Shown one piece after another: positions 25,827-40,525 of a DNA stretch of 64,000 nt. The DNA lies in contig JASANG010000957.1 of the NCBI GenBank assembly GCA_030248215.1, positions 186,001-250,000 of the forward strand, read 5' to 3'. Source of the DNA: Enoplolaimus lenunculus. Its lineage: Eukaryota. Numbering within the stretch: the stretch's first letter is position 1; every line of letters starts with the position of its first letter. Position numbers and translations under genes: made by a program. The notes below the pieces were generated by a model that was not told the DNA's origin, did no database searches, and saw only the letters and a program-made list of their open reading frames with translations.

Positions 25827-27696
25827 GCTATTTATTCATTTTTTTAAAAACAGGTGTTTGAAACACAAAGAATAATAAAATGCGCCCACTACTGCAAATT
25901 GTCCAGGTTTGGGTATTAAGAATATATGGAATTTTATGTAAACTCTGCTACATGTAGCCATAAGTCATCTTGCTAGGGGTCTTTCAGGAGGGAATAATAA
26001 GGTGGCATTTCTATGCCGGAGGTTTCGACAGTTTCGGTAGCGAAATTTTGCAGTTTTAATACAAAATTTATGTTTGATACGTTCCGTTTTAACTTTGTGT
26101 TAAAGTCAGTAAACAGTAACCCAACTCTCAGTTGAGTTGATTCTCACTCTGAGTTGTGTTGATTCTGTGTGAGTTAACTCGGAACGAATTGAATCAACTT
26201 AAAATCCTGAGTTATAATGGTAGTTAACTCAGGCTGAATAATTCAACAAAGTTAAAATCAACTCACTGAAATTTAAAACCCACAAATACCTCCTAGGCGG
26301 TTCATTTTTTACAACTACTATAGCTTGAGCGATAATGCAAGATTATACTCAGGAATGTACTTTCAAAATTTAAGTACGTTTAAAGTTTCCAACTCAACCT
26401 TATTTGGTCCTGGAGTCATTTATGCGCTACAATTAGGTTAATTGACATTTATGGACTCTTATTAGGGATACGGACTCCTATTGATTTGGACTCAAAATGG
26501 GGACCCCTCTCTTATTCGGGTCAATACAGTATGCGCGCATGTTTTACTTATCCTATTTTTGTGAGGCTCGGTTTTTCGTGAGGTCCATGCATATGGGTCA
26601 ACCACAAATAATCCCTAATACGCTCAAAGCATTTGAACCAGAACCAATTCGAATTAATTGATGATATGAAAGAGAAATGGATGCCTTACAATAAAATAAC
26701 TAATGACCATGAGTAGGTACAACCTGAGACTTATATATAACCCACAAGTTCAATATACAAAATACCAAATTTTGCCAAGTCAAAACATATAAATTACCAA
26801 CTGTAGAACGAATAAATTTCACTACGCCTTTAAAGAAAATTACTTACGCAAAGGTTTGTTATCTGGCTGTTGCGGCGTTTTTATGTCCCAACGTACTCTT
26901 AGAGCTGTAGCTCAAAATTAAGCATATTTATAAGCCTAACCATAAGCATACGAAAGTGTTATCCTAAGCCTAACCAAAAAAGTCTAAAACCTAACCATAC
27001 TCTGTTGCAATCGCACTGTAAATTCCGATGAGCTGATTAATTAACTCAGAGGAAGAATTGGTCATTTCTGGCTATTTCTGACTTAGCAACCGTAGACATT
27101 AACTCACTCTGAGCTGATTTAATTCCGAATTCGTTAATTTATTAACTCAGAATGAGTTCAATCAATTCAGTATTCTGAGTTCTGAAAAACCTAATGCAGA
27201 GTTCAGATCGCCGAGGAGTTAAAATCAACTCACTGAAATTTACAGGCCGTGCGAGAAAACGTGGACAACCCTAAAAGTTACAAGACCCGCTTATGAATGA
27301 ATATAAGATTCAAAAATGATTCACAATAAGTAAAACACCAAACATAAAAGAAAAATCTATCAGACTACGAGACGCCATGTAAGAGATGACATTGCAAAAT
27401 AATCGCACTTGTATTTATCACACTTTTAACAAGTACAAAAGCCTACTTCCGACATTTAATTTATAATTTTTAAATTTCTCATCATTTTCAGCGTCGAAAA
27501 CCGTATGATGACTACACATTAAAAGTTTGGTTTACTTTATATCAGATCCATTTTGTACTCAATAGTGTTTTCTGACTTCAGAAAAAAATGTGTAATTTAA
27601 CAAAAACAATTTAAATATTGGAAACTTTCAGATTTAACCAAATATTTAAACAGAGCAATAATTTGTCGCAAAAACGATAATAAGTTTGAAAAAATC

Positions 27697-27881
27697 GGCC
27701 AATGTAAAGAACACGGGCGGAACAGTATTAAGCATATTCCTAAGCTTAAGCTTAAGCTAAGGCTTTAGCGTACTGAGCATATTCCTAAGCCTAAGCCAAC
27801 CAAAAAAATTATTCTAAAGCTTAAGCTTACCCTTTTCTAAAGCCACAGAAAAACGTTCCGCCCCTGATCTTTACATAGGCC
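27697..27881 (-). mobile_element. Telomeric-repeat MITE family A (Merlin-like), representative copy
   Basis: TIRs GGCCAATGTAAAGAACACGGGCGGAAC / GTTCCGCCCCTGATCTTTACATAGGCC, exact 8-bp TSD AAAAAATC, internal GCCTAA-type repeats. About 20 relatives in the window. Confidence 0.85.
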
Positions 27882-30639
27882 AAAAAATCGCATTTTTTCT
27901 TAAAGCATCGTATATTTGTCAACTGCTGTCGAAATTTTAGGCAGTAGCGATTAGCATATTTTTAACCAGCGTTTTTGAATTCTTCATCTGTTAAAAAATC
28001 CACGCAAATTTTTATTTGGCTCCCGTTCACTCGCAGGCAATTGCATTTCTGACAATAAACATTAACCATACATTTTCAGCCAATAAAAACATAAATATAC
28101 AACAACCAGACTAAAATATTAAACAGAAATCCGATAACAACAAGTAGCATGGAAATAGTTCGATGCAGGACCAATACGCCGACATTCGAATATAAACCTG
28201 ATGTAGGTTATATTTCGTAAATTTGTTCCCGTTAAGTACCCACCTGTTGGCGCTTACTCAAATTGGTCGAATTTTAAATTGTTTATTTTTTACATATTTG
28301 AACGTCTCATGATTGTAATCATTTCACGTTGAAATTCTAATTTTTTTACAAAAAATTGATTTTTTTCAATCCCAAAATTCCCGCTTGGAACCAAAAACTA
28401 TTTTTGTCCAAAAGTTACGCAATATATAACACTGTCGTAGCACAAACTTGCTTCGCCGAATACTTTGAAATATTAACCAGTGTGTGGTATGAAAGGAATT
28501 ACTGCTCGTCGTAGGTTACTGTTTAGTGTTTACCAACAAAATTTTGTTACACAATTATGCATGACGAAACAGTGTTATTCTGCCAAACTCAGTCTTGCAG
28601 ACAACCGCTAATACATAAGTATACAGCCGTCTATGGTACAGTAATTTGAGCGCATCAAAATACGCGTCGTAGCAATTTGCGCTGTGATATACATACAACT
28701 CGATAATTGCGTACACGGTTGTGACGAATAATGCTATTTTAGTGCCTATCAGACCACTAGTTCACGACCTATGGTCAAATAACTAAAGCTTGTCTAAGAA
28801 ACCATAGGCGTATGGCAGAGTGCGACCGGAAAAAAATCCCGATATCCGTATCTGGTATAAACCTACCGGATATCAATCTACGTTGGCGGTCCCAAGTACG
28901 AAAACTGTGTGTCTTCAACATCTTGCAGCTCCTGTATCTCTGCGCAAGTTAAGAAGTTCACGTTCTGATACGCTGCAGTAACATTGAAAAATTCAAGCTA
29001 ACAATTAATTCTAATTCAGTAAGCTCATATACTACTTCGCGGCTCAAACACTTTAACCAGTGCACAAATCGATATGCTACATCCGCCGTTTAATATCCTG
29101 TTCCGGTACAAAAGACACTACAAGGATTCGGTTCCGGTGTCCACAAAATTAATATCCGGTCGCATCCAAATGCTTTCGTGTTATCGATAGACAATACAAA
29201 AAAAAACAAATTGTTGAAAACAGAAATATCTCCAAAACGATTATGCTGGACACTAAAACTAAAACGTACCAAAATATAATATAAATGAATCAAAATATTT
29301 TGCATAGAAATTTATGAAAGGCAACAACAAACTGATATGTAGACATTGCATGTTTTTGTAAGAAACCAAAAATATATAATTACAACATATTGGTACCATG
29401 GTGCAAGCGGAATTACAATTTACCGGAACCGGAATTTGAAATAATTGCCGGAAACGGAACCGGAAAATGAAAAATACATGCCACCGAAAAATGTTGGAGA
29501 TAGGTATTCACTTTATCTGCTGTGTATAAGATTTTCGTAACCCACGGAAAAGTCTACCTTCCATGGTTTATTTTTCGGCGATTGTCAACGTTTGTATTTT
29601 ATAATAATGAAATCTATTTAATTTTTATCGTCATTTTCTAGTTAAATATCTTCCTTTTCAACGACCAAATTTTAACACTGGAATTTTTAATTCCGGTTAA
29701 AACTTACCGGAACCGGAAGACAAAAATGCTGAAACCGGGACCGGAATTCCGGTTGCACCCTGATTGGTACTAGTCACAGTCCTTGTAATAAATTTCAGAT
29801 GTTATAATAACACATGCTTATGCTATATCACAATTAATACATTATCACATTGTTGGAACAAATTCATCACTTCACATAACAACGTTCCTCAATAAAATTA
29901 AGTGTTTGACTAAAATGTAGTTTGGCTGTGAATACAGTAGCTTACTTCTCCAAAAATCTTTAAATTGCCAATAATACAATCATAATTGTCTGAACCCGAC
30001 AAACAAACAGCTTTCTATTCCATACCTACGACTAAAATATTTAGAATAAAGAATATAGCTAACAGTGTGATTGTCCAAACTGTTGTATTAATATCACCGA
30101 TTCGTTAAGTATTACCTTACATTCAAACGCAGCATAATTTTCCGCTTTCCCAAAAAAATAATCTGGCAAAATAAAAAGTGCACAACCAATAACAAATAGT
30201 CGCTAGAAAGCTACCGTTCTTCAGGTACTATATTCGCTTTTTCCTGTAAGTTTTAACTCATCGAGTATGTAACTGTGTATATACTCTAGTACGTAAGCTA
30301 AAACAATCGCAACGATCGGTACAGAAAAAAATTTAAAAGAATTGACAACATCAGTACTAGCGTTGGTAAAAATTCTGATATTTACGTACACATATATAAA
30401 TAAATAAAAATACCAAAAATATTGTTTTCAAACCTAAAAAGGCAAGATACATAATACAAACGTTGATCACAATGTCCAAAGAACCGAGTAACGAAGGCAC
30501 TGTGTTTGCAGCTTCTTATCGAATTATCTAAACAGTGGTGTGCATAAAATAACAGTAATATTGCAAGTTTAACGTTTGACTCGCCAATTTTAAATGATTT
30601 ACAGACAAATTTAACAGAAACCATTTATGTATCAAAGTG

Positions 30640-32236
30640 CTATTTACTCGACTCCAACGACCGTTGATACATATACGCGCGGGTAAGCTGCCATACACCA
30701 GTCAGGCCGACGAACAAGTTGACTGCAAACAAACTGTAATTTTTCGGAATAATAATTAGCGAGTACCGAGCCCAAATGAATCCAGTTGTACCAAGAGCCG
30801 CCGACTGAGGTATGCTCAATTTTTCAGCTGGCCTGGTAGCATCGCCAATGCCTATAAATAAACGAAACAGCACGTAAGTTTTGAACCGATAGGTATATTG
30901 GTGAAACAAGGGTTATCAATATATCTATGGTTCTTCTTAAAAGCATACCGATACAGATATACCATTTTACTGTATATATTTTTTGATGAGCCGAGTCAAA
31001 TACTTACTAGCTTTTAAGAAATATGCGTTTATTCCCTTCGTTCACCAGTTTAAGTTCATTATTATACATTGCGCTTTCGCCCCTCTCTGTCTTGAATTCC
31101 TGGAACCACCACTGACAAAAGCACGGTTAACGAGTAGCTCCAGTTTCGGCGTTAGCTGTTGTATGCCCTGCTTCCAGATGTTGTTTCGAAAAATGACTTA
31201 TGCAGGAATCTAACTTGAAATATATATGATTAAAAACTAAAACATATATTATATATACAGTGTAATACACTGTCTTGCGATCATCATTCCTCAACTAATC
31301 CGAAACGTTAACGGTAAATCCCTTGCCGTTCTTCATTTTAACTTTTTTGAACATTTGAAAAACCCACAATATTTCAAAAAATCTCTGAAAGTAAAATCCC
31401 ACTTCGACTTTTGGGAAAACCCCCAGCAACTGACGCCTAAGCAAGACTAACGCTCAGACCGCGAAACCTATAGTTGCAGCATGTAAACATATATATACCC
31501 GTAATATTTATTTCCTAGTTGTATGGATGCATATACAGCTAACGCAGCTAAACTATCGGTATGGTATCGTATCCCACGTAGTATAAATCAGTATGCCTTT
31601 ATTTATTTATTTTTATTTATTAATTTATTTATTTAGCATTATCGGTTCAACAATCAACACACTACAATTATGTAATACGTACATATTAATCAACGTATTA
31701 TTGTCAGTTAGGAATTTGTGAACCTAACTTCTGCTACAAGGTTGCCCGAAATTGGTAATTTTAGTCTCAAATAACATTAAACCGCTTAAGCACACAGTTG
31801 TCATGTCAACAAAATACAGCTTCTTCTTGGTTGAATGGTACTCTTAATACTCGGTCACCAGACGTTGACGACAACGCCACAAAATTACGTGTTCGTACTT
31901 TCTGAGCCGCACAGCAAGGTGACAACAGAAATATTGATTTCTCACTAAGCTGTGTATTTCGGCAAAAACATTATTATCACTAATTTTCTATTGCTCGCTA
32001 TATTTGTTAAGCGTTTGCGCGCACAGGGAATTAATTAACAATGTTTCCCCTGTTCATATATTTTTGCTATGTCGAACAATTATATGTAATTATACAATAC
32101 CTGCAATAACTAAAGCCCATTTCCATATGGGAGCCCAGAAATGAATTGTTTTCGGTCCAGCCGGATGATTCCAAAACTTTTCGTACTTAGGAGGAACTTT
32201 AGGATCAAGCCGGCGAGTGATTAAACGGAAAATCAT
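30640..32236 (-). CDS. MPC2: Mitochondrial pyruvate carrier 2, exons 32236-32101 and 30851-30640, ~115 aa
   Basis: WNHPAGPKTIHFWAPIWKWALVIAGIGD..RPAEKLS..QSAAL.TTGFIWARYSLIIIPKNYSLFAVNLFV is the MPC2/BRP44 signature. Phase-1 GT-AG intron. Confidence 0.93.
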
Positions 32237-34119
32237 TGCAAGCAACAAAATTTATGTAAAGATTGCCAATCTAAGATGTTCAATAAATATGAAACGAGTT
32301 AATTAACGGTTGTATAAGAAAAACAGAAAAAACTATTATTAGAATAAATACTAAATCAAGCAGCTTTGAACAGACCTAAGTATCTTTCTTTTAATTTTAG
32401 CTTTTCGCATTCTAAAGGATTATCAATAAAGTTACAATCACAACTACAAATACTAGCTAAGTATTTAACATGTACCATTGACAGATAATCCTTCTCATTT
32501 CATAACGTTGAAATTAGCTTTTAAATATATCAAAAATTATTGTTGTACAGAGAATTAAATAAAACATAGATGTCAATCCCGATAGTCATACGACATTTGG
32601 GTTTGATTTTATTAAAAGTTTATCGAAATTATTAATAATTAGTCTTGTCAAGAGCAGTGGCGTAACTATTAAAAAGTTTCCGCCCCATCATAGTAGAATT
32701 TATATCAAAACGGTACCCTAAAATTATCTCTTCGTCCGGCAGAATTTGTGGCACAATGCACGTGTTGATCAGGGTCTTGGGTTAAATTCAAAAGATTTGA
32801 TCCTGTTCTGACACTGCGATAGAAAAGATATTGAATGGGCCAAAACTGAGCGTTTGCTCTGTATTGAGTTTTCGACAAATAGCATGTTGTGTTTTGTTTC
32901 TTGTGCGCATTGGTACAAATCGGGGTACAGCCTTAGGTCACTCTCCAGCTCCGTTAAAGCATGGATCGACATGTGTTGCAGGCACGTGGGCGCAGGGATA
33001 TTTGTGCTGTCAATCGACAGACCAAGAAACGTACATTAAGTTCGCTAACACCTCAAAAACCATCAAGTATGAAAGTAAAAGTTTTGAATTTCAAAACATT
33101 TAATGCAAAAAATTGGTGGCCTCGCTCGCTTCGCTCGCCAGGCTCTGTTGGATTCTGAAATCCGGAGGTGAGGCGAAATTAGGTCGTTGAAATAGTGTTA
33201 CCTAAGTGTTTTGGTTTTACGCTTGTTTTATACAAAATTGTATACAAAGTTAAAACAAAATGCGTAAAAACAATTAAATTTTTTCAAAATTTTACTAACT
33301 TTTACTAACGTACCGGAACCTCGGGCAGAAATTTTCCCGCACCCGGAGGAGACCTCCCGGTAGTACACTGCTATTGGAGACCGGATACCTGAGTGGGCCG
33401 GCCAAAATCCAAGGCGTCGTATCTGTCAGGGTATTTGGATTTTGTTTCACTTCTTATTTTTTATACTAAAATAGCTTCGTTCACGAGCGTTGGTTCACTA
33501 TATATTTCTTATATATTTACTTCAGGGGTTTATCATTTTTACGCGGAATGCGACAGAGTAAAGATTTATCTTTTGGCTTAAGCTTAGGAATACGCGTAGA
33601 TCTAGGCTTACGGTTAAGCTAACATGCCACACTGTTACCACCCTAAAATTATATGCAAATTGTTCTGTTTAATACACCAGGTTGCTTGAACTTATGTTTG
33701 AAAAATAACTGACTTTGGGCTAGCCCACGGCGTAATTCTTTCTCTTAAACGAGTACATACATTGTGAGTTGTGGTTGAGATTGGTTACTATCTTAATGCC
33801 ATGCTAATTAATACGATTAGCTGATGCAAATGTCCTTTTCTGGTTGGTCAAGTAATCGCTGCCTGTTGACTATCAAACAGTTTGTTTTGCTATGCAAAGT
33901 GGAATCAAGCTAGATTACGACTATCAAGTAAACAAGAAAACGGCACCGCTTTATCAGACAATTTCGCATTGGACAAAGGCGAATGTAATCTTTCTGCATG
34001 ATTCTGTACAGAGTAAAAGCTTATGCTTTATATTTCTTCACTTATGCTTGTACTTAGGCTTAAGAGCCTTTTTTACTTCACCCATAAAGAAAAACTTTCC
34101 CTGTTTGCGCAGAATTTTA

Positions 34120-34332
34120 CGTTAAATAGTATATATCGCACCGTGTTTAACAATTGCAACACGTATACATAGTACTAAATCACCACAAGACGTGACAGCC
34201 CCCTCGGACTCGAGCGTCAAGCTCCTATAGCTGAGTGGTGATGGTATACGCCTCCACTCCAGTCACTGGAATTCGAATCCTAGCATGAAAGTAGGTCTCA
34301 GGGGAAATAGAAAATATTCATGTGAGAAAGGG
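34120..34332 (+). mobile_element. piggyBac-type tRNA-like MITE, truncated
   Basis: Near-identical to 42160-42375; ends GAAAGGG-TTAA. Confidence 0.75.
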
Positions 34333-35105
34333 TTAAGCGAAAAATTTTCAGTTTACTATCTTTAAGCAAGCCGGAAGCTAATTGGAACACTTAAAATTTC
34401 TATGTAAAGTCCTAAAAGTAAAACGTAAGCTTAGTTAATATTATAGGCTTATTCTTTCGTTGATGCTTAGGATTTAGGCGTACACTTAGACTTAATAAAA
34501 TGTGCTTAGCAATTACAGTTACGCTGCCCAAAGTAGCATAGCTGTCCTGGTTCTGCTTGCTTTACAAGCTGGTAAAATAGACACGGTAGAAAAAGTATTT
34601 TTGGTTTATATATACAGAAGTGAACGTGAAATTCGCCAACGTTGTGTTTTACCAAATAATATTCTTGAAATTCCGAATAATATTATTGTATACGGTTTCA
34701 TATAAGCTATATCGTGCTATATTCTACAATTTACTATGATCTGTCAGCTTCATAAACGTTATGTACGAACTAAAAAATTATCCCAAACACTGAGTGGTGT
34801 TCAGATAGAACCAGATTTAAATTCAATTAATTTTTTTTCAAATTTTATTGGTATTTTGGGACAAATATTTGAGTTTATTTCGTATTTTATCGCACAAAAC
34901 AATACAGAGTCGACAGTTGTTTTGGTTGAAATTGTTTCTCTTGCACGATCATTTAAAACGAGTACTTGATAGAGATTTTGTGGCACTGTTGACAAAATTA
35001 TTATAAAGGTATACATATGCGGCTCATGTATAGTACAGGGCCGTATCGTTTTCCGGAGGGGCTATAATAAAGTCAATTTAAGATTTTATGGATATATAAG
35101 TATAT

Positions 35106-35473
35106 CAGGGTGTAACCGGATATCCGTTTTCGTTTCTGTTTCCGGTAAAAATCGCGATCTGTTTCCGTTTCCGTTTCCGTGTTAGAAATACTGGAAATTC
35201 GTTTATTTTTACGTTCAAAACTAGTAATAAAAATAACGTAATTTCTTTACAGATATGCTGCAATTGTCCGAACTGAAAGAAAAAAATACGATATGCATTC
35301 GTAATCTTAAAAATTTCGGTCCATCCACCATTTTTGCTTTATAATTTTAGGAAGCAAGGTGAACATTTGCACGTTTCAATTGTGTTGGCAGAAAAACCTA
35401 CGTGAAATTTATATACTTCAATATCCGTTTTCCGTTTCCGTTTCCGTTATTTTTACTATCCGTCTACACCCTG
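35106..35473. mobile_element. hAT-like MITE (CAGGGTGTA..CGGAT / TTTCCG family); relatives near 10360-10625, 15160-15545, 29397-29762, 49365-50093
   Basis: CAGGGTGTA...TACACCCTG termini and CCGTTT subterminal repeats. Confidence 0.7.
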
Positions 35474-36202
35474 ATTTATATATACTGTAGTGACCCGAAT
35501 AAGAGGGGGGTAATAAGAGGGAGGGGGTCGCAATTTGAGTCCAAATCAACAGGAGTCCGTATCCCAAATAAGGGACCGTATACGGATAGAGTCCCTAAAC
35601 CTAATTAGAGTCTATAAATGTCAATTATCCCTAAATCAAGTGCATAAATGACTCCAGGGCCAAATAAAGTTGAGTTCGAAACTTTAAAATTTATGTTTTG
35701 ACAGTACATTCCTAAGTAACCTTGCATTATCGCTCAAGCTTTTATACAAGACAAAAAATCGTTTAATTCAACGGATAGTTGCAATATCGGATATATATTC
35801 TTAACGAAGTGTGACGGTGGTCGGGTTGACAATAAATCACAGTCTGTAACCGAATAACAGGGGTACCCTCTGGGGAGGCCAAATAAATATCATCGGTTCG
35901 TTTATTTCTGAATTAATAACAGTAAACATTAAACTCGCTGTGAGTTGTGCCCGCTCTGAGCTCAGTTGATTCCGGGTGAGTTGAATAATTAATTCAAAGT
36001 GAGTTTTATTGAGTCACAATTCTGAGTTCTGAAAGTCCTACTTCAGATTCGATGATTCAACTCATTCTGAGTTCAAATCAACTCACTGGGATTTACAGTG
36101 CAGTACAGTTTAGCTGTTTTCATTTTACTACCCGTATAGAAACTTTAGCAATTATTTTATTTAATTCGTACTTAGGGGGTTTTCGGACAATGCTTAATAG
36201 CC

Positions 36203-36700
36203 ATGATGTATTCGGCAAATCCAATGTATGATACCGGTTCACAAACGGCAATTGAAAGTCCACCGGATACTTGGTGGACCTCAACAACGGATTCATTCAG
36301 TGAGTTCTGGTCAACCCATTCGTTACTTTCATTATTGCTAATTATAATTGTTATACTCACATGCACTTGTCTTCTATGCGACGCAATGAGACGTGTATGT
36401 GGAACAGATCATAACGCAAAATCATGCGATCCAGAAATTATTAATGCAGTCGCGTACGGACCACGTGGATCACAGGGTAACTCGATACCGATTGAGTTAA
36501 CTTTGGTTCGTGCAAACGATGGTCCATATTATCGGATATTAGAAGAATCGCCGGAATACTTTTACTCAACGCCTCATTGCTCTGGTGCCCAAGGTCGACG
36601 CTGTGAATCAATCAGTTTAGTAGGATCAGAATTCAAGTGGCAACATCAGCGATCGCAGCGGCCTTCGGCACCGCCGGCGTATTTGGCGAACGAACAGTGA
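36203..36700 (+). CDS. Uncharacterised single-pass membrane protein with juxtamembrane Cys and C-terminal PSAPPAY motif
   Basis: 165-codon ORF, GC-richer than its flanks. Hydrophobic LLSLLLIIIVILTCTCLLC segment. In-frame TTAG acceptor at 36172-36175 could be a trans-splice site or join an upstream exon. Confidence 0.72.
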   Translation: MMYSANPMYDTGSQTAIESPPDTWWTSTTDSFSEFWSTHSLLSLLLIIIVILTCTCLLCDAMRRVCGTDHNAKSCDPEIINAVAYGPRGSQGNSIPIELTLVRANDGPYYRILEESPEYFYSTPHCSGAQGRRCESISLVGSEFKWQHQRSQRPSAPPAYLANEQ

Positions 36701-39700
36701 TACTGAAGTATTTAGAGAATTCGTGTCAAAAATACAAAACACTTTTCGCAGTTTTAAAAAAGCATTTATATATATGTTTTATATATGTATATATTTATAT
36801 GTTTTTATATATTTATATATATTTATATATAAATATATATTGATGCTATACCGTTCTTGGCCCATCTATAGAACAGGGCCGGAACAGTAGTATAAGCATG
36901 TTCCTAAGCCTAAGCCTAAGCATAAGCCTAAGCCTAAAACTAAGCGTATGGATGAGCCTATTCCTAAGCCTAAGCCTAAGCCAAAAAACTAATCTAAAGC
37001 TTAAACTGACTCTATTTGTAGCCCTTCCGGAAAACGATCCGGTCCTGTTGTATACATTGGACCCCTTAAAGGCGTTTGCGTTAAAAGCCTTTAGCTTTAT
37101 TTAGTGTTTTAATTTAAAATTAGCTTCGAATGGCTGTTTGAAACGCGAAACAAATATTTAAAAAATAGCGTAAAATTTTTGACACAATTAATTTCTTAAA
37201 TTGCAAACAAACTTCATTGCATTATACAATTTCTGTGTTACTGTACATGTCTTTAGGTTCACGTATATTTTGAGTGCCGGCCTGTTTATATATGATATTA
37301 ATCGAGAAACTAAAACACAACAGACGTGGCTAAAATTTTCCAACGCCTTCAGAGTCGCTGTATATGATTGATTTTAGATATTTAAATTATTAATGAAATA
37401 GTTTGTTTTACTGATTAATAGTCCGATTGTTTTGATATATCGTAAAATTAATAATGAACTTTGTCATTTTTGTGCTAATCTAACCGACAATTCGTCGCCC
37501 GACAACTTGTCGCTCAACAGTGGCGTAAACATTATTAATCAGTCTAAGCATAATGCTAAGCGTAAACCATAAGCATAAGCTGGTCCATGCAAAGATCAGG
37601 GGCAGAACAGTTTTTCTGTGGCACTGCAATAGAGTAAGCTTAAGCTTTACACTAATTTTTTTGTTTGGTTTAGGTTTACGCTTAAGAATTGGCTCGTGCT
37701 TACGCTTAGACTTAGACTTAGGCTTAAGCTTAGTAATATGCTTATAATACTGTTCCGCCCCTTTTCTTTACATTCGCCGCAATGCCTAAGCCTTAGCATA
37801 GGCGGCGAATTGTCAAGTCGATGAAATTTCGGATTACAAGCGCTCAGTCGACGAGTTGTCGGGCGACGAATTGTTGTGATACCTTTTGGTGCGTATGCCT
37901 AGACCGACACCTTGTCGGTCTGTTGGCCTGAAATAAAGCCTTAATAGACGAGGTTAAGCGGATTTTTAGCAGTACATGCAATACAAGTTGATGATAGGTC
38001 TTGTATCTTTCGAACCAGCTAAAATGTGGCGACGTTCGAAGTTCAACACTGTTTTTGTAATATTTAACCTCACTTCTTCCTGAGCCAGTTTTGAAGTTTC
38101 GCAACTGCACCAGTTTGCCAGTTTGAAAACCTATCGCTTCATTGATGATATATGCTATACGCATTTGAGAACATAATATGGTCCTAGTTTACGTAAAACA
38201 AATTTACTGCTACGTTGCCGTTAGCTAAAATTTTCAAAACATTTTCCGAACCGGAAATCACGGTAAACGAGCAAAAGTAAAACGGAAGATGAAGCGGAAA
38301 TTTGATTTTTTTATATTGGGTTTCAAACGTATTGTACAGGCCCGGCCAATGTATAGAACAGAGCGATAACAATTGTTTAAACAAATTATTAAGCCTAAGC
38401 CTAAGCCTAAGCCTATGTCTGAGTCTAAGCCAAAGACTAAGCAAAATAAATTAGTCTAAATCTTAAACATACTTTATTGCAATTACCGCAAAAATCGGTC
38501 CGCCCCTGATCTTTGCATGGACCAGAGGGTTCGTAGCCAGCTCAACATAGCAGAACAAAACCATGTTACTTTTAGGGCCGTCCCGGGTTCTGGTAGGGAT
38601 GTAAAATCGTAGGTTTAGACAGTGCCGGAGCAGACAGGGGTGGCGGCTCCCCCCCCCCCAAATTACAGGATGTGGCCTCCAAACTCGCGAGCTAAGCGTT
38701 CGAGAAGACAGACGCATTTTAAAACTTAAGCGGTTTTTGTTTCAACCGGTTAGGGTAGGGTACCTCTAGGGTTGGGGCCTCCTAGATGGGGGTTATGAGT
38801 GGTGGCTGCACCGGCCCTGGTTTTATATTCTAGACTACATTTTTCGCTTAGACTTAGGCTTAAGCTTACGAATATATTTTTTTGCTTAGGAATACACTTT
38901 TTTCAACTTTTAGGCTTAGAAATACGCTTAATCTACTGTTACGACGACCCTAAAAGTAACATTATCCGTCGAAATAATATAACAAAAAAGATGCTATTGT
39001 TTTGCTACAATATTCAGCTTTAAGTTATCACAATTTTCAGTCATTTGATTTAAAATAAATTACCTGCTGCGAAACTGTTGTCTTTATCGTTTAATATTTC
39101 TTAATATGGGCGCTCATTCGTAGTACCTACAAGCTTTGCCTAGGCTTATATGAGATTTTAGCTTGATATCCATGAAATTATTTAGCAAAAACGAAACCTG
39201 TACAGTGCATATAAAAGCCTATATATTGGTATTTTTGGAAAGCGTTTCACAGCGAGGTCGTGTTTAGATGGTTGTCCGCTTCAATTTTAATTTGAATATT
39301 TTGTAAATATGGACCCCCCATGAATTTAGCAACAATTTGTTGGCAGGCATTTGTATGTAATTGAAATTTTGGCCAATGTTACTTTTAGGGGCGTAACTGT
39401 AGATTAAGCGTAATCCTAAGCGTAAACCTAAGCCTAAACGTTTCAAAAGTGTGTTCCTAAGTCTTGGCCTAAGCCTAAGCCTAGGCAAAAAATGTAATCT
39501 AGAATCTAAACCTACTCTTTTATAAATCCACCAGAATGCTGGACGCCGCTTAAAGTAATATGGGCCAATATCTCTATTCAGAAAAGACCTCCTAAACATA
39601 TGAAAAGTTCCGTTCAATAGTGTTCACAACCTTTCCATTCGCCTGATATCGAAACAAAGTTGAACTCAGCGAAATTTGAAGAAAGTTTGGATCTGGCTTT

Positions 39701-40525
39701 GAATTTAAATACAATGTCAAATTTTTCAATTTGAGTTGAATCTACGAAAGGCTCTCTTTGACTCACTTTTGCTCCATTTCTCCTTTAAAATTATTGGCCA
39801 ATGTTACTTTAAGGGGCGTAACGGCAAATTAAGTCTATTCCTAAGCCTAAACCTAAGCCTAAGCGTTGCAAGTATGTGTTCCTAAGTCTGAGCCTAAGCT
39901 TGAGCCTAAACAAAAAAATGTAATCTAGAATCAAAATTAACGCTTTCATAGACCCACCAGAAAGCTGGACGCTTCGCACAGTAAATTCCAATCAGTTTAT
40001 TAATCAATTCAACTACCGAGTTGGTTATTTCTGAATTAATATCAGTAAACATTAATTCATTCTGAGTTGAGTTGAGTTGATTTTCGCTCTGAGTTGTGCT
40101 GACACTGGGTGAGTTAATTAACTAAATCAGAATGATTTGAATCAACTCAATTTTCTCAGTTATGATAGTCCTAACTTAGACTGAGTCATTCAATTTTTTC
40201 TGAGTTAAAATCAACTCACTGAAATTTACAATGCAGATGTTTTTAGTAGATAAAACAGCTCAAATTAATGAAATAGTTAAAAGATTAGGTTTAGGCAATA
40301 CGTTTTACGCTTAGGTTTAGGTTTAATTAACGTGTTTGATTTTTTGGTCATTTGCTATGTTGCCAACTAAAATGGTGTCAGACGACTTGAATCATAATCC
40401 CTAAACCTGCTTTCTGGTTCATCTACAAGAACTATTTTAAGGAACATCTTACCTTTGCCTCAACACCATACCAAATATATAACGGCCTATTCTAACGTCT
40501 GTCCAAATGCTTAATCTTAAGCCTT

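Noticed and set aside
32769..33103. Short ORFs upstream of MPC2
   Set aside because: No recognisable motif or splice-consistent model.
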